Below are positions 10,831 through 21,899 of a DNA stretch of 35,476 bases, in pieces. Under the pieces are notes generated by a model that had not been told where the DNA came from, did no database searches, and worked only from the letters and a program-made list of their open reading frames with translations. This stretch comes from Octopus bimaculoides (taxonomy: Eukaryota): the NCBI RefSeq assembly GCF_001194135.2, contig NC_069002.1, forward strand, positions 4,188,631 to 4,224,106, read 5' to 3'. Numbering within the stretch: the first letter of the stretch is position 1; each line of letters begins with the position of its first letter. Both the position numbers and the translations under genes were made by a program.

Positions 10831-11085
10831 TGTGCATGTGTATGTGTGTATGCGTGTACACGTATGTGCTTGTGTGTATGTGGGTATATGTATGCGCGTA
10901 TGCGTGTGTATGTATGTGTGTGTATGTGTACGTATATGTGTATGTGCGAAAGTGTGTACATGTATGCTATGTGTGTGTTTGTGCGAGTATGTGTGTAAAT
11001 GTGCGTGCGTGCGTATGTACGTGTGTATGCGTGCATATGCGTGAATGACTATGCATGTGTGCGTGTGTGTGTGTGTGTGTGTGAT
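10786..11085. repeat. Degenerate (TG)n/(TGCG/TATG) microsatellite
   Basis: Direct reading. Confidence 0.95.
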
Positions 11086-11469
11086 ATTTAAGTCAGGAAG
11101 GAAAGTAGTGCTCACGACCCTTTACAGGGCCTCCGAATCTGGTGAGAAGGAGAAAGACAGGTACCCCAAAACCTACGACCTGGTCCCAATGACCCCAGCA
11201 GAGTGAACGCCACCGCTAAATGATACCCAAGAGGGCAGATGGTGATGCTACCCCAGGTAATGGATTAGGACTGTTACAACACAAACAGGCCTTGGCAGGA
11301 TTTGAACTTGGAATGTAAAAATCAGGAGGAAATACCACAAGAGATACAGACCCAACGTTGTTACAGTTCCACCAAACCATCCCTGGACTGGTGATTTTTA
11401 TCGAAGCTGAAATAATGAAAAGCAGCCTTCGAAAGTTTTCGATCTTTGAGATTATCTCTCCTTCTCAAG

Positions 11470-11630
11470 TGGATCTAGTTTTAACTGTCGTCTGATGATT
11501 AAGTGACATATCGTCTATAAACAGAGAAAGATTCTAATAAATGAAAAACTTGAGCTGCCTCAGCTCAAAAACTGAGATATGTACAAGATGTCCCCACCTA
11601 GATACATACATTTTAGTCAACTGGAAAATC
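11470..11630 (+). pseudogene. Possible Penelope-like GIY-YIG endonuclease C-terminal relic
   Basis: Frameshifted SSGSSFNCRL...ILINEK...KTEICTRCPHLDTYILVNWK resembles the Penelope C-terminus C.LC..EK..I...LN.RSEI..KC.H..K.LL.N.K. Confidence 0.45.
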
Positions 11631-11856
11631 AAACCTCTAGACCTTAAACAATTCCATGGAACCGCCTTTCTATGAAAGACTCTATTTGGATCATTCCTTT
11701 CTTTTACTTTTGTTTCTTTAATGCCTCTTTTTCTTTTTTTGTCTTTTCTGTTGTATTCTACTACGCTTTATATATATGACTATGAACAAGCGTGTTCTTT
11801 GCTCATCTGTTAACACTGACTTAGCACAGACTTTATATAAATTCTGAGTTTAGGTA

Positions 11857-12082
11857 TACGAGGAGGGGGGTGCTGAAAAGTTCCTGGCTTTAAGAGAATC
11901 GCGAAAGGCCTGGCTGGAGGCACAAACTTCCGAGTTCTTTTACAGGGCTTAGAAAAAACTGAAGGACTGCTGCAATAAGTGTATGAATCTGAGAAGGGAA
12001 CATATTGAATAAAATCATAATTAACTGATCCTCCTGTATTTTCCTTAACCCAAAGCCAGGAACTTTTCAGCGCCCCCTCATA
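11857..12082 (+). mobile_element. Mariner-derived MITE (226 bp) with TIRs and TA ends
   Basis: 5' TA-cgaggaggggggtgctgaaaagttcctggcttt and 3' aaagccaggaacttttcagcgccccctca-TA are near-perfect inverted repeats of about 30 bp. The interior encodes QGLEK / LKDCCNKCMNLRREHIE*, like the mariner C-terminus GI.KL..RW.KCI...G.Y.E*. Confidence 0.92.
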
Positions 12083-12401
12083 TATCTATATTTACGTGTG
12101 TGTGTCTTTATGTCTGTGTTTGTGACCCACCCCCACATAGACCTAAACTTTTATGGATATGTGGCTATTTCATTAACATATAAACAATATTCTCTTTCAA
12201 ATACTTTTCTTACGCAACACTTTATTTGCTTTTAATGTTTGATCAATAAGAGAGACATCTAGCAAAGTGATTTCCAGATTTACTGCTTATTCATTTTCCT
12301 CCTTTTGTCAAGAAATGGGCTTAATGTAATTTTTTTTCTCGTGTTTCCATCCCAAGTGAGATTATATTGGAAGCCATTTTGAATTTATTATTATTATTAT
12401 T

Positions 12402-12672
12402 GCCTTTGCACAGCTTCTAACGCTGGACATGAATTGCGGTGTCAGCTGTTCACTACCAGTGAACTAAGGTAACACCTCTTATTTTTCAAGCACCTTCCGG
12501 AGTATTCGGGCGGTTCCAAGCAGTGCTGTTTTCTGCAAATGCTCCACCCTTAATGCAGCCCCTATTTGTTCCATATAATTCTCAAGATTTTTACTCACTG
12601 TTCTCAGGGCTCCGACAATTATTGGTACTAGTACCACCTTTTTCAGAGACCTCAACTGCTTAACCTCCCAGC
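12402..12672 (-). mobile_element. 5'-truncated R4/Dong-like non-LTR retrotransposon 1 (RLE C-terminus plus 3' UTR) between (TAA)n tracts
   Basis: WEVKQLRSLKKVVLVPIIVGALRTVSKNLENYMEQIGAALRVEHLQKTALLGTARILRKVLEK* (stop at 12479-12481). Flanked by (TTA)n at 12385-12401 and 12673-12710. Confidence 0.9.
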
Positions 12673-12710
<38 letters not shown>

Positions 12711-12935
12711 TTATGTTTGACTTTTGTTTTGCATTTGTACAAGTTGGATCCAAGTCTCACCCAGAGACCTCAAGAGACAACAAGTTAGAAGTTCATGTAG
12801 GTGTTATGCCTAGGGTACCATATATTTGGATTTGTACAGTTTTGTTCAAGTGAATGTTTAAGAAACCATAAGAAAATTATGTTTGCTTTAAAATTTGAGA
12901 TCACATAGACAGTATTTTACGTAGGATATGGGCAG
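12711..12935 (-). mobile_element. 3' end of R4/Dong-like element 2 (different family), 5' part hidden in a gap
   Basis: The reverse complement of 12901-12935 translates AHILRKILSM*, paralleling GTARILRKVL. About 190 bp of 3' UTR ends directly in (TAA)n; another (ATT)n tract lies at 13299-13360 beyond the gap. Confidence 0.75.
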
Positions 12936-13296
12936 NNNNNNNNNNNNNNNNNNNNNNNNNNNNNNNNNNNNNNNNNNNNNNNNNNNNNNNNNNNNNNNNN
13001 NNNNNNNNNNNNNNNNNNNNNNNNNNNNNNNNNNNNNNNNNNNNNNNNNNNNNNNNNNNNNNNNNNNNNNNNNNNNNNNNNNNNNNNNNNNNNNNNNNNN
13101 NNNNNNNNNNNNNNNNNNNNNNNNNNNNNNNNNNNNNNNNNNNNNNNNNNNNNNNNNNNNNNNNNNNNNNNNNNNNNNNNNNNNNNNNNNNNNNNNNNNN
13201 NNNNNNNNNNNNNNNNNNNNNNNNNNNNNNNNNNNNNNNNNNNNNNNNNNNNNNNNNNNNNNNNNNNNNNNNNNNNNNNNNAATATATTGTGCATA

Positions 13297-13298
<2 letters not shown>

Positions 13299-13362
<64 letters not shown>

Positions 13363-13378
13363 TACTACTACTACTACT
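13299..13378. repeat. (ATT)n followed by (ACT)n microsatellite
   Basis: Direct reading. Confidence 0.98.
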
Positions 13379-13537
13379 AAGGTGGTGAACTGGCAGAATC
13401 GTTAGCACACCGGGTGAAATGCTTAGCGCTATTTCACCCGTCGCTACGTTCTGAGTTCAAATTCCACCGAGCTCGACTTTGCCTTTCATCCTTTCGGGGT
13501 CGATAAAATAAGTACAAGTAGACACCTGGGGTCGATT
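13379..13537 (+). mobile_element. SINE family A, 3'-truncated
   Basis: aaggtggtgaactggcagaatcgttagcac...gagttcaaattccacc...cctttcatcctttcggggtcgataaaataagtac. Confidence 0.93.
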
Positions 13538-14144
13538 GTTCATTTTTTTTTTTTTATCATAGCCAGTGCTGCAATTATTACTGGTATTGTTTTGACCTTT
13601 ATACCCCACATCTTATCATTACCGAACCTCTCATCCGGAATCCAGAAATCCGGAATTACCAGAAACGCGGTTATTTTCGAAACTGGCTCGCTTTGACTTT
13701 CGCGAGCTTTAGTAGTTTACCACACGACGCCAAATCAAACAGAACCTGTTTTAGAAATGTCTTAGTATGTGTGTATGTGTCATACAATTTTGCTCGTTAC
13801 TTTTCGTTGTTCATTACCTGGTGAGCGACAACTAGTCACCTCGGGACAGGCGTTGTAGAGTAATATCATTGCTCAACACAAATTCCGGCGTTATTTGGTT
13901 TACAAAAATAAAAAATAAAAAATGAAAAAATCAGAGTTTCTTGAATAGTAACATCTCCAATCGTTTTAACTGAGTTACGATTTTGATAATACGTGGTCTA
14001 CATCTTTATTCTGCTCTTTCGAATCACATAAAGGAATAACGGTTCGCTTATACATACATACACACACACATATACATACATACATACATACATACATACA
14101 TACATACATACATCTCTCTCTCTCTCTCTCTGTATATATATATA

Positions 14145-14252
14145 TTCTTTTTCTTTGCTTATTCCAGTCATTTGACTGCGGCCATGCTGGAGGACCGCCT
14201 TTAGTCGAGCAAATCGACCCCAGGACTTATTCTTTGTAAGCCTAGTACTTAT

Positions 14253-14253
<1 letters not shown>
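14145..14253 (-). mobile_element. SINE family B, 3' part
   Basis: cagtcatttgactgcggccatgctggaggaccgcctttagtcgagcaaatcgaccccaggacttattctttgtaagcctagtacttatt. Confidence 0.93.
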
Positions 14254-14295
<42 letters not shown>

Positions 14296-14749
14296 ATACA
14301 TACACACACACATATGCGAACACACGGGCTATATAGCTTCTGATATAAACAGGTTTATAATTACTAAGAATATCGATTGCTATTTATAGTATTCCGAGCG
14401 TTTTCATTGAATGTCTCATACGATTTTTGTTTGACAACATTGATAAGTGATGATACAATTAGCTTCTTAATGCTTTACACCACCGTACAATAGCTGTGAC
14501 CTTCTCTTCGTCTGTTCGTCCAGTCGTCACAAATCTGTGTGTACATTCTTTTTCTTTACTCATTTACGCTATTTGTAAACTCGCATGAAGCAACATATAT
14601 TCTATACGCTGTATTTTAACAACTAGTTACAAATAAAGTTATGTAAAAACACACACACACACTAATAATGTCGTAAGCATACATCACAGACACATATGCA
14701 CGCATATACATACATCATAGACACACATACATACATACATACATATACA

Positions 14750-15070
14750 ATGGTTTGGGATAGAGAAGAGAAACTGTGCACAGTTGTGGAAATTAGCTGC
14801 CCAGCGGATGTTAACACAAAGCTGAAGATCAGTGAAAAAGAGAACACCTACGCTGGACTATTGAGAAATCTGCAGTTACTCTATCCAGATTACAAGTTCA
14901 GGTTTATATCTGTAATTATTGGGGCCCTGGGATATGTAACACATTGCCTAAATACCAATCTTGAGAAATTAGGCTTCTCAAAACCAGAAAGGAGAAAGCT
15001 AATTCGAAGACCACAGATCCAATCCATCAGTGGAACTGTAAAAATCTGTAAAACTTTCCAGAAGTTTAAC
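14750..15070 (+). mobile_element. 5'-truncated RLE-class (R4-like) LINE, endonuclease C-terminal region
   Basis: VWDREEKLCTVVEISCPADVNTKLKISEKENTYAGLLRNLQLLYPDYKFRFISVIIGALGYV...LEKLGF...QIQSISGTVKICKTF fits the PD-(D/E)xK RLE pattern (E.SCP.D.N..K..EK..Y..L; IIGALG). The 5' junction sits directly after (CATA)n. Confidence 0.88.
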
Positions 15071-15471
15071 ATTTATATATATATGAGCATGTCTAGATAT
15101 GTAACTATATGCATGAAAATACATNNNNNNNNNNNNNNNNNNNNNNNNNNNNNNNNNNNNNNNNNNNNNNNNNNNNNNNNNNNNNNNNNNNNNNNNNNNN
15201 NNNNNNNNNNNNNNNNNNNNNNNNNNNNNNNNNNNNNNNNNNNNNNNNNNNNNNNNNNNNNNNNNNNNNNNNNNNNNNNNNNNNNNNNNNNNNNNNNNNT
15301 ATAATTTAGATTCAAAATTGAATGTGGCACTTAAGTTTAAGCACCAGAATATAGTATGGTATTATCCAAACCATTCCAAAAACAAGGTGATCAAAAATCA
15401 AAAAAAGCAACACGGATTTTCAAAGTTATTGCAGTACGTACGTTTCATGCCACTCCATTTATTTAAGTAAA

Positions 15472-15652
15472 GTACCTGTGTTTCAAAGGGCCAGCCTTGT
15501 CACACTCTGTGTCACGCTGAATCTCCCTGAGACTATATTAAGGGCATGCGTGTCTGTGGAGTTCTCAGCCACTTGCACGTTAATTTCACGAGCAGCCGGA
15601 ATCGTTGATCGGATCAACAGGAACACTCGTCGTCGTAACCGACGGAGTACCA
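15472..15652 (+). mobile_element. SINE family D, 3' half
   Basis: gtacctgtgtttcaaagggccagccttgtcacactctgtgtcacgctgaatctcc...gttgatcggatcaac...cgtcgtaaccgacggagt matches 24618-24786. Confidence 0.93.
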
Positions 15653-16434
15653 GTTATACTTTATATTACAGCTTCTAAAATTGTACCTAAACTGTATGTA
15701 TGGCTTCTAATATGGTACCTACACACTATCATTGGCTTCTAATACGATACGTAGTTACTGTATCTCTAGCTTCCAGCATGGCACTTAAGCTCTGTATCCA
15801 TACGGTTTGCCGTGAAGAATTCACAACAGTCTTGCATTGGAGATCAGCAACATGATGGAATGCACAATTTTCTTTCGTGGTTGCTATGGAAATGATGCTG
15901 GGTGATGCAAGAAGCAACTCACTAGAAACGAAGATCGGAAGACTCTTTGCATTGCCACAGTTGTGCGTTTTATGGATGACTTCACTGCTGTAGTGTCAGC
16001 TGAAATAGAAGCAAACATCTCCGAGACCAGCCGAATGAATTATTCCAACAATATCGATTCCATACCAAAGCCAAGAATAGTCGCAGTCAGACCATAATGT
16101 AACGGAATTCCATCGCGATAATGAAAAAGAGTAGATTCTAAAGATAAAGAACCAGGATATTGAGGAATGTCGACCGTATCAACACAGTTCTCTTGAATAC
16201 TGCTAAGAAGGGAGTCGTGAGATCGAGACCAAGTTGAGATAGACATTGCTACACACAGTTGCAATTTGGTACGGCAGTCAAGGTTATAAACATGGCCCTT
16301 TGCCGAGGATTTTATGATCATTCCATTACGAGGTTATTCCGACCAATCTATTCCGAGGCACTTATGACCGCTTCATTGATTAAAGGAAGGCGATCTCATT
16401 AACGAGGGTAGACAGAATGGAAAGCCATCTTTTG

Positions 16435-16584
16435 TCTTTTTATCTTTTACTTGTGTTTCAGTCATTTGACTGCGGTCATGCTGGGGCACCACCCTGAAAG
16501 GTTTTGGTCGAACACATCGATCCCAAGACTTGCTTTTTTTAAAGCCTAGTACATATTCTATCAGTCTCTTTTTCCGAACCGCTA
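16435..16584 (-). mobile_element. SINE family B, 3' part
   Basis: cttttacttgtgtttcagtcatttgactgcggtcatgctggggcacc...tcgaacacatcga...agcctagtacatattctatcagtctcttttt. Confidence 0.9.
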
Positions 16585-16589
16585 CATCC

Positions 16590-17170
16590 GGCTCTTTACA
16601 TTCTGAATTCAAATGCCACCCAGGTCAACTTTGTCTTTCATCCTTTCGGCGTAGATGAAATAAGTACCAGTTGAGCACTGGGGTCGATATATAATCGATC
16701 AGACCGTTCCACCCCTATAGTAGAAAGGATGGTGAGCTAGCCGAATCGTTAGCGTGTCGGGCAAAACGCTTAGCGGAATTTCTTCTGACTCTTTTACATC
16801 CTGGGTTCAAGTTCCGCTGAATTCGATTTTGCCTTTCATCGTTTCGAGGTAGATGAAATAAATACCAACTGAGCATTTGGGGTCGATGTAATAAACTAGC
16901 CCTAAGGCGGTGGGAGCTAGCAGAAACGTTAGCACGCCGGGCGAAATGCTTAGCGGTATTTCGTCTGTCTTTGCGTTCTGAGTTCAAATTCCGCTGAGGT
17001 CGACTTTGCCTTTCTTCCTTTTGGGGTCGATAAATTAAGTACCAGTAGCATACTGGAGTCCATTTAATCGACTGGCCCCCTCCCCAAAAATTTTGGGCCT
17101 TGTGCCTAGTGTAGAAAAGAAAATACTAGCCCTTCTTTCAAATTTCAGGCCTTGTGCCTGTTGTTGAAAT
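16590..17170 (+). mobile_element. Three head-to-tail family A copies (about 16590-16710, 16725-16902, 16903-17121) plus a duplicated tail (about 17128-17170)
   Basis: The B-box and central module recur three times; heads aaggatggtgagctagccgaatcgttagc and aaggcggtgggagctagcagaaacgttagc; ggccttgtgcct occurs twice. Confidence 0.9.
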
Positions 17171-17489
17171 ATAAAGACCAAAATTGTGAGGCAGATCAAA
17201 TCCTTAACAAGAACTAAAACAAAATAGTTGTTGCGTGTTGTTTGGATAACAGGGTCGCAATTTGTTCATATCTAGGCTGAAAAATATGTTTTTAATGAAG
17301 ACAACAACAACAAGATCTACAAGAACACCAATCCAGCTCGTTCGCTATTTGTATCAATATTGCTCGGCATTATTTAGTGGGGACGATAACGTTGGAAGTT
17401 GTTGAAATCGTTGTTATATCAAGTCGATAACAGATGAAGGAAGTATGCCGCTGCGTTGACTATATTTAGAATATGTAATTACATGCGTC

Positions 17490-17601
17490 ACACACACACA
17501 CACACGAATGCACGAATAATTGAATGAATGGATGAATGAAGGAATGGGTGAATGAAGGAATGAGTGAATGAAGGAATGTATGCATGTATGTATGTATGTA
17601 A

Positions 17602-17632
<31 letters not shown>

Positions 17633-17765
17633 TGTATGCATGAATGTATGTATTTATGTGTGTATGTATGTGTGTATGCATGCATGCAGGTATGTATGCA
17701 TGTATGCATGCATGTAGTCATGTATGTATGTATGTATGGGTGTATGTATGTATGTGTGTATGTAT
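17490..17765. repeat. (CA)n, (GAAT)n and (GTAT/GCAT)n microsatellites
   Basis: Direct reading. Confidence 0.95.
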
Positions 17766-19174
17766 CGGTTCTCTCAGCTATGTTCAGATCTCGAGAGGAA
17801 AGAACTCCGTCAGGTTTTGAAATTGTCAGACTCAATGTGTGTTTGTGTGTGTGTTATTGTGCTTCTATGTTCAGTGTTGTCACAATCAATATGTCATGNN
17901 NNNNNNNNNNNNNNNNNNNNNNNNNNNNNNNNNNNNNNNNNNNNNNNNNNNNNNNNNNNNNNNNNNNNNNNNNNNNNNNNNNNNNNNNNNNNNNNNNNNN
18001 NNNNNNNNNNNNNNNNNNNNNNNNNNNNNNNNNNNNNNNNNNNNNNNNNNNNNNNNNNNNNNNNNNNNNNNNNNNNNNNNNNNNNNNNNNNNNNNNNNNN
18101 NNNNNNNNNNNNNNNNNNNNNNNNNNNNNNNNNNNNNNNNNNNNNNNNNNNNNNNNNNNNNNNNNNNNNNNNNNNNNNNNNNNNNNNNNNNNNNNNNNNN
18201 NNNNNNNNNNNNNNNNNNNNNNNNNNNNNNNNNNNNNNNNNNNNNNNNNNNNNNNNNNNNNNNNNNNNNNNNNNNNNNNNNNNNNNNNNNNNNNNNNNNN
18301 NNNNNNNNNNNNNNNNNNNNNNNNNNNNNNNNNNNNNNNNNNNNNNNNNNNNTATATATATATATATATATATTCATATATATTTATACGTACATACATA
18401 CATGCATACATATATATCTACATCTTTATATCTCTAACTGTCTACCTATCCGTCTGTCGGTCTGTCTGTCTGTCTGTCTGTCTGTATGTATGTATACATG
18501 TACTTATATATATGGGTATACACACAATATTCCCGGATGTCCAGTTTCCACGACATTTTCGCCAAATGCTATTTGTATTTGCTTTTGAAATGTCCAGAGC
18601 TTAAACTGATATCATATTTCATTTTATTTCATTTACTTATTTACTCTTTTTTTTTTTTTCATGCTAATAGTTTGGTATTTTGGTTTTGAGAATAAGGTGA
18701 AGTACTATTAACCACGACGGTAAATAGACAGACAATAGAGCCAGAAGCGGGACGGGCGGGCGGAGGGAGTAGAGGAGAAGAGGGAGGTGAAGTAGCAAAA
18801 AAAAAAAAACAAACAAAAAAACCCATTGTGCAGCAGACGTCAGAATTGACATTTTTCTCCGCTCAGCTCGTCAGCAGAGGGACATTCGATGATTGTCACA
18901 AGGCACCATATTTAAAATATTAATTCAACAAAAACGTTCAAGTTGTTGTTGATGTTGGTGTTGTTGTTGTTGTAGACTTTGTTTACGCTCCAAGCTGGCT
19001 TTGGTACAACAAACTCATGAGCAACGATGTTCCAGTTATGGGATTCTTGTCTCGTGTTGTTGTTCTTTAAACCCGTTTTGTTACCATATTTCTGTTGAAA
19101 TAAACTGTTCATGTTTCAAATTTAATTTTGAAAATAGCGAATGTAATGAAAATGATGCAAATGTGCAGCTCTTA

Positions 19175-19262
19175 GGGTAAGTGCCTTCTGCTATAGCTCC
19201 GGGCCGACCAATGCCGTCTGAGTGAATTTGGTAGACGGAAACTATTAGGAAGCCCATCGTGT
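19175..19262 (+). mobile_element. SINE family B internal fragment
   Basis: gggtaagtgccttctgctatagctccgggccgaccaatgccgtctgagtgaatttggtagacggaaact matches 9127-9210. Confidence 0.85.
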
Positions 19263-19409
19263 ATGTATGTATGTATGCATGTATGTATGTATCATATAGA
19301 AGAGTAGCAATTATTTATGCCGAATTGTAGGAAGGAATTCGAGTTTTTGTTGTTTAGAAGATGGGACCATAGGTTAACATTTAATCTGTGCTGGGCGATT
19401 GGTATTATT

Positions 19410-19455
<46 letters not shown>

Positions 19456-19639
19456 GAGTGAGAGAGAAACGTCATCTCCAAAGATAAGATATATACGCTT
19501 ATGTTACATAATTGCATTTGGGTTATCTATAGAGATAAAGACATTGTGCAGCTGGAAAGATTGATATGCAGCATGACTAATGTCAGGTAATTGCAATTGG
19601 AGAAGGGAATACACCATTGTAAGGAAACCTATACGTGGT

Positions 19640-19745
19640 CATCGGTTTACTAGAAAAAGCAGCTAAATATCTCTTAAAATGACGCCCTACCTTCTACGAA
19701 CAGGACAAAAAATCCACGTTGGCTAGAGTAGTCCTCTATACGTTA
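19640..19745 (+). mobile_element. Family F interspersed repeat fragment
   Basis: tactagaaaaagcagctaaat is the reverse complement of the (a)tttgactgctatttctagca motif at about 28603, 30241 and 34626. Confidence 0.55.
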
Positions 19746-19774
19746 TATCTAACCTGTGTCAGAGCCTTACGAGC

Positions 19775-19860
19775 ACGCATCGGTCACAGTCGGACGCACC
19801 ATAACCCATCTTCTCCTCCCAGGTGATGTCCTGGTTATCGTCGACAACGATGGACGAGCA
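19775..19860 (+). pseudogene. Possible LINE RT motif C relic
   Basis: VGRTITHLLLPGDVLVIVDN resembles G..ITHLLFADD..LIA. Confidence 0.35.
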
Positions 19861-20049
19861 TAAATATTGTAAATATTGAGGCGCTGAGTAGAGTGTATCA
19901 TGCAATCTTACCAAATTCCTTGCGTGATAATGAATGTCGATTTACTGAAACACGTGTATGTTTTCTAAAGCTGAAAATACCAATTACGTTCTTCTGTGTT
20001 TGTTGTTACTACACACGTGCGCGCGCAAACACACATTCCTACAAACAGA

Positions 20050-20227
20050 CACACACACATACATACATACATACATACATACATACATACATACATACAT
20101 ACATACATACATACATACATACATACATACATACATAGACCGCAATGCGAAATATCCACCGATAAGTTAGCAATTGGTAGAAATTTACAATAGTTTAAAA
20201 TGGCTGAAGACATTTTCACGTTACTGG

Positions 20228-20270
<43 letters not shown>
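20050..20270. repeat. (CATA)n (about 20056-20137) and (TG)n (about 20231-20270) microsatellites
   Basis: Direct reading. Confidence 0.97.
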
Positions 20271-20271
<1 letters not shown>

Positions 20272-20325
20272 TTTTCTATGTCATAAAATTAACCGTGTCA
20301 ATAATATTTACCAATAGTTCTAGCC

Positions 20326-20737
20326 CAATATTTCTGAACCACTTTTTATGTCCCCCTTTCATTCCTATTTTACTGGTCAAACCCTCATAAATAGTCGATG
20401 TTTAAAGAAAATCCTACTTCGTTTTATTATTTTACTGGAACTATGTGGTGGTCTGAATTACAGGAAATTGTACGTTCAATTCGTCAATGTAAAGTTACTC
20501 CATATAGATTAAAGGATTAATCCAAGTTATGCAATCTAATTGATTTCCATGGAATCGGTGATAACAAGAAATTCTATTATATCTTTATAATTAAATATTA
20601 TTAGGGATTGTAGCAAAAACACTGATAACATATTTGATGTAATGAAAACGTATTAGCAATTTATTTCACATGAATTTTAACAACAAAGTCTTATATGGAC
20701 CCTCGAATGTCATAAGGAACCCTATTGAAAACCACTG
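20326..20737 (+). mobile_element. hAT (Charlie-type) MITE containing an internal insertion of about 150 bp
   Basis: 5' caatatttctgaacc and 3' ttgaaaaccactg are degenerate CAGTGGTTCTCAA-type TIRs. The flanks ttctagcc and atttagac resemble an 8-bp NTCTAGAN-type TSD. The 5' part is homologous to 33827-33950. Confidence 0.72.
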
Positions 20738-21899
20738 ATTTAGACCAAGAATTTATGGATCCATTCCATTCACAAGCAGGCACTGAGGCGCTGATTGTGC
20801 CTTGGTATCTAAAATACCCAATGGGATTGAGAGCTTATAATCTAAAAGCAATCATCCATATTTACAAGGCAACAAGGCTTAACGGCTCTGCAACAATGAA
20901 AATCTTACACATTTATTAATGCATATCTTTAAATTCCACAACAAACGTTAAGTACACACTTCTTTTGTGCAAGTAACTGTATATAATAAGTACATAGATG
21001 TATGTATGTATATATATTGTGTACATATTCACAGGGAAATATCTTCAGAGTTTCCCTCTTTCTACCTTGAATCCTTACTCCACTACGAAAGATTTGTTTT
21101 TTTTTTAGTGAGATCAAAATAGGCATCACATACTTGCAAACCATGTGGCTATTATTTTAGTTGATTCGTACGAAAATCCAACTCTAGTGACCTGCACTTA
21201 TGTAGTTTCCTGGTTAATTTATAGATAGATCATGAGACAGACAGATACACAGACAGAAAGATAAAATGATATAATGATAAAATGAGACTTAGATGCACAC
21301 GCATATACATACATACATATATTTATCTATTTATTTATATTTTTATCTTATACATAATTATTAATTTTGCCTATACTGCTTTTAAGCTCGCAACCACTAA
21401 CACTATTATTTTTAGAATAATAATGTTCCCTTATATTTATATGTCTCCTTTAGAGAGACTTAGAAATATTAATAACTCTATTTCTGANNNNNNNNNNNNN
21501 NNNNNNNNNNNNNNNNNNNNNNNNNNNNNNNNNNNNNNNNNNNNNNNNNNNNNNNNNNNNNNNNNNNNNNNNNNNNNNNNNNNNNNNATATATACACATA
21601 TAAGTCATACACAAACATTCACATGCTTTCATATTCTAGAGACTGAATAGTTCGTTAGTTTCGATTGAATTGTATGTAGGTTGATCTACAAGGTAAAAAA
21701 AAAAAAGTTTAGATACGTGCGTATATTTCTAGGTCGGAAGGTAGGGGGAGGGAACTAGGTAGGTCAACAGGGATGGGAGGACGCATATTTTTCCTTTCAT
21801 TCTGAATTTTCTTTCTCCCACACCATTTGTCTCTTTCCTTTTGACACCCTAGGGATATTAATCTGTCTATTTTACCGCGTCATACCTTTTCCCATAGGC

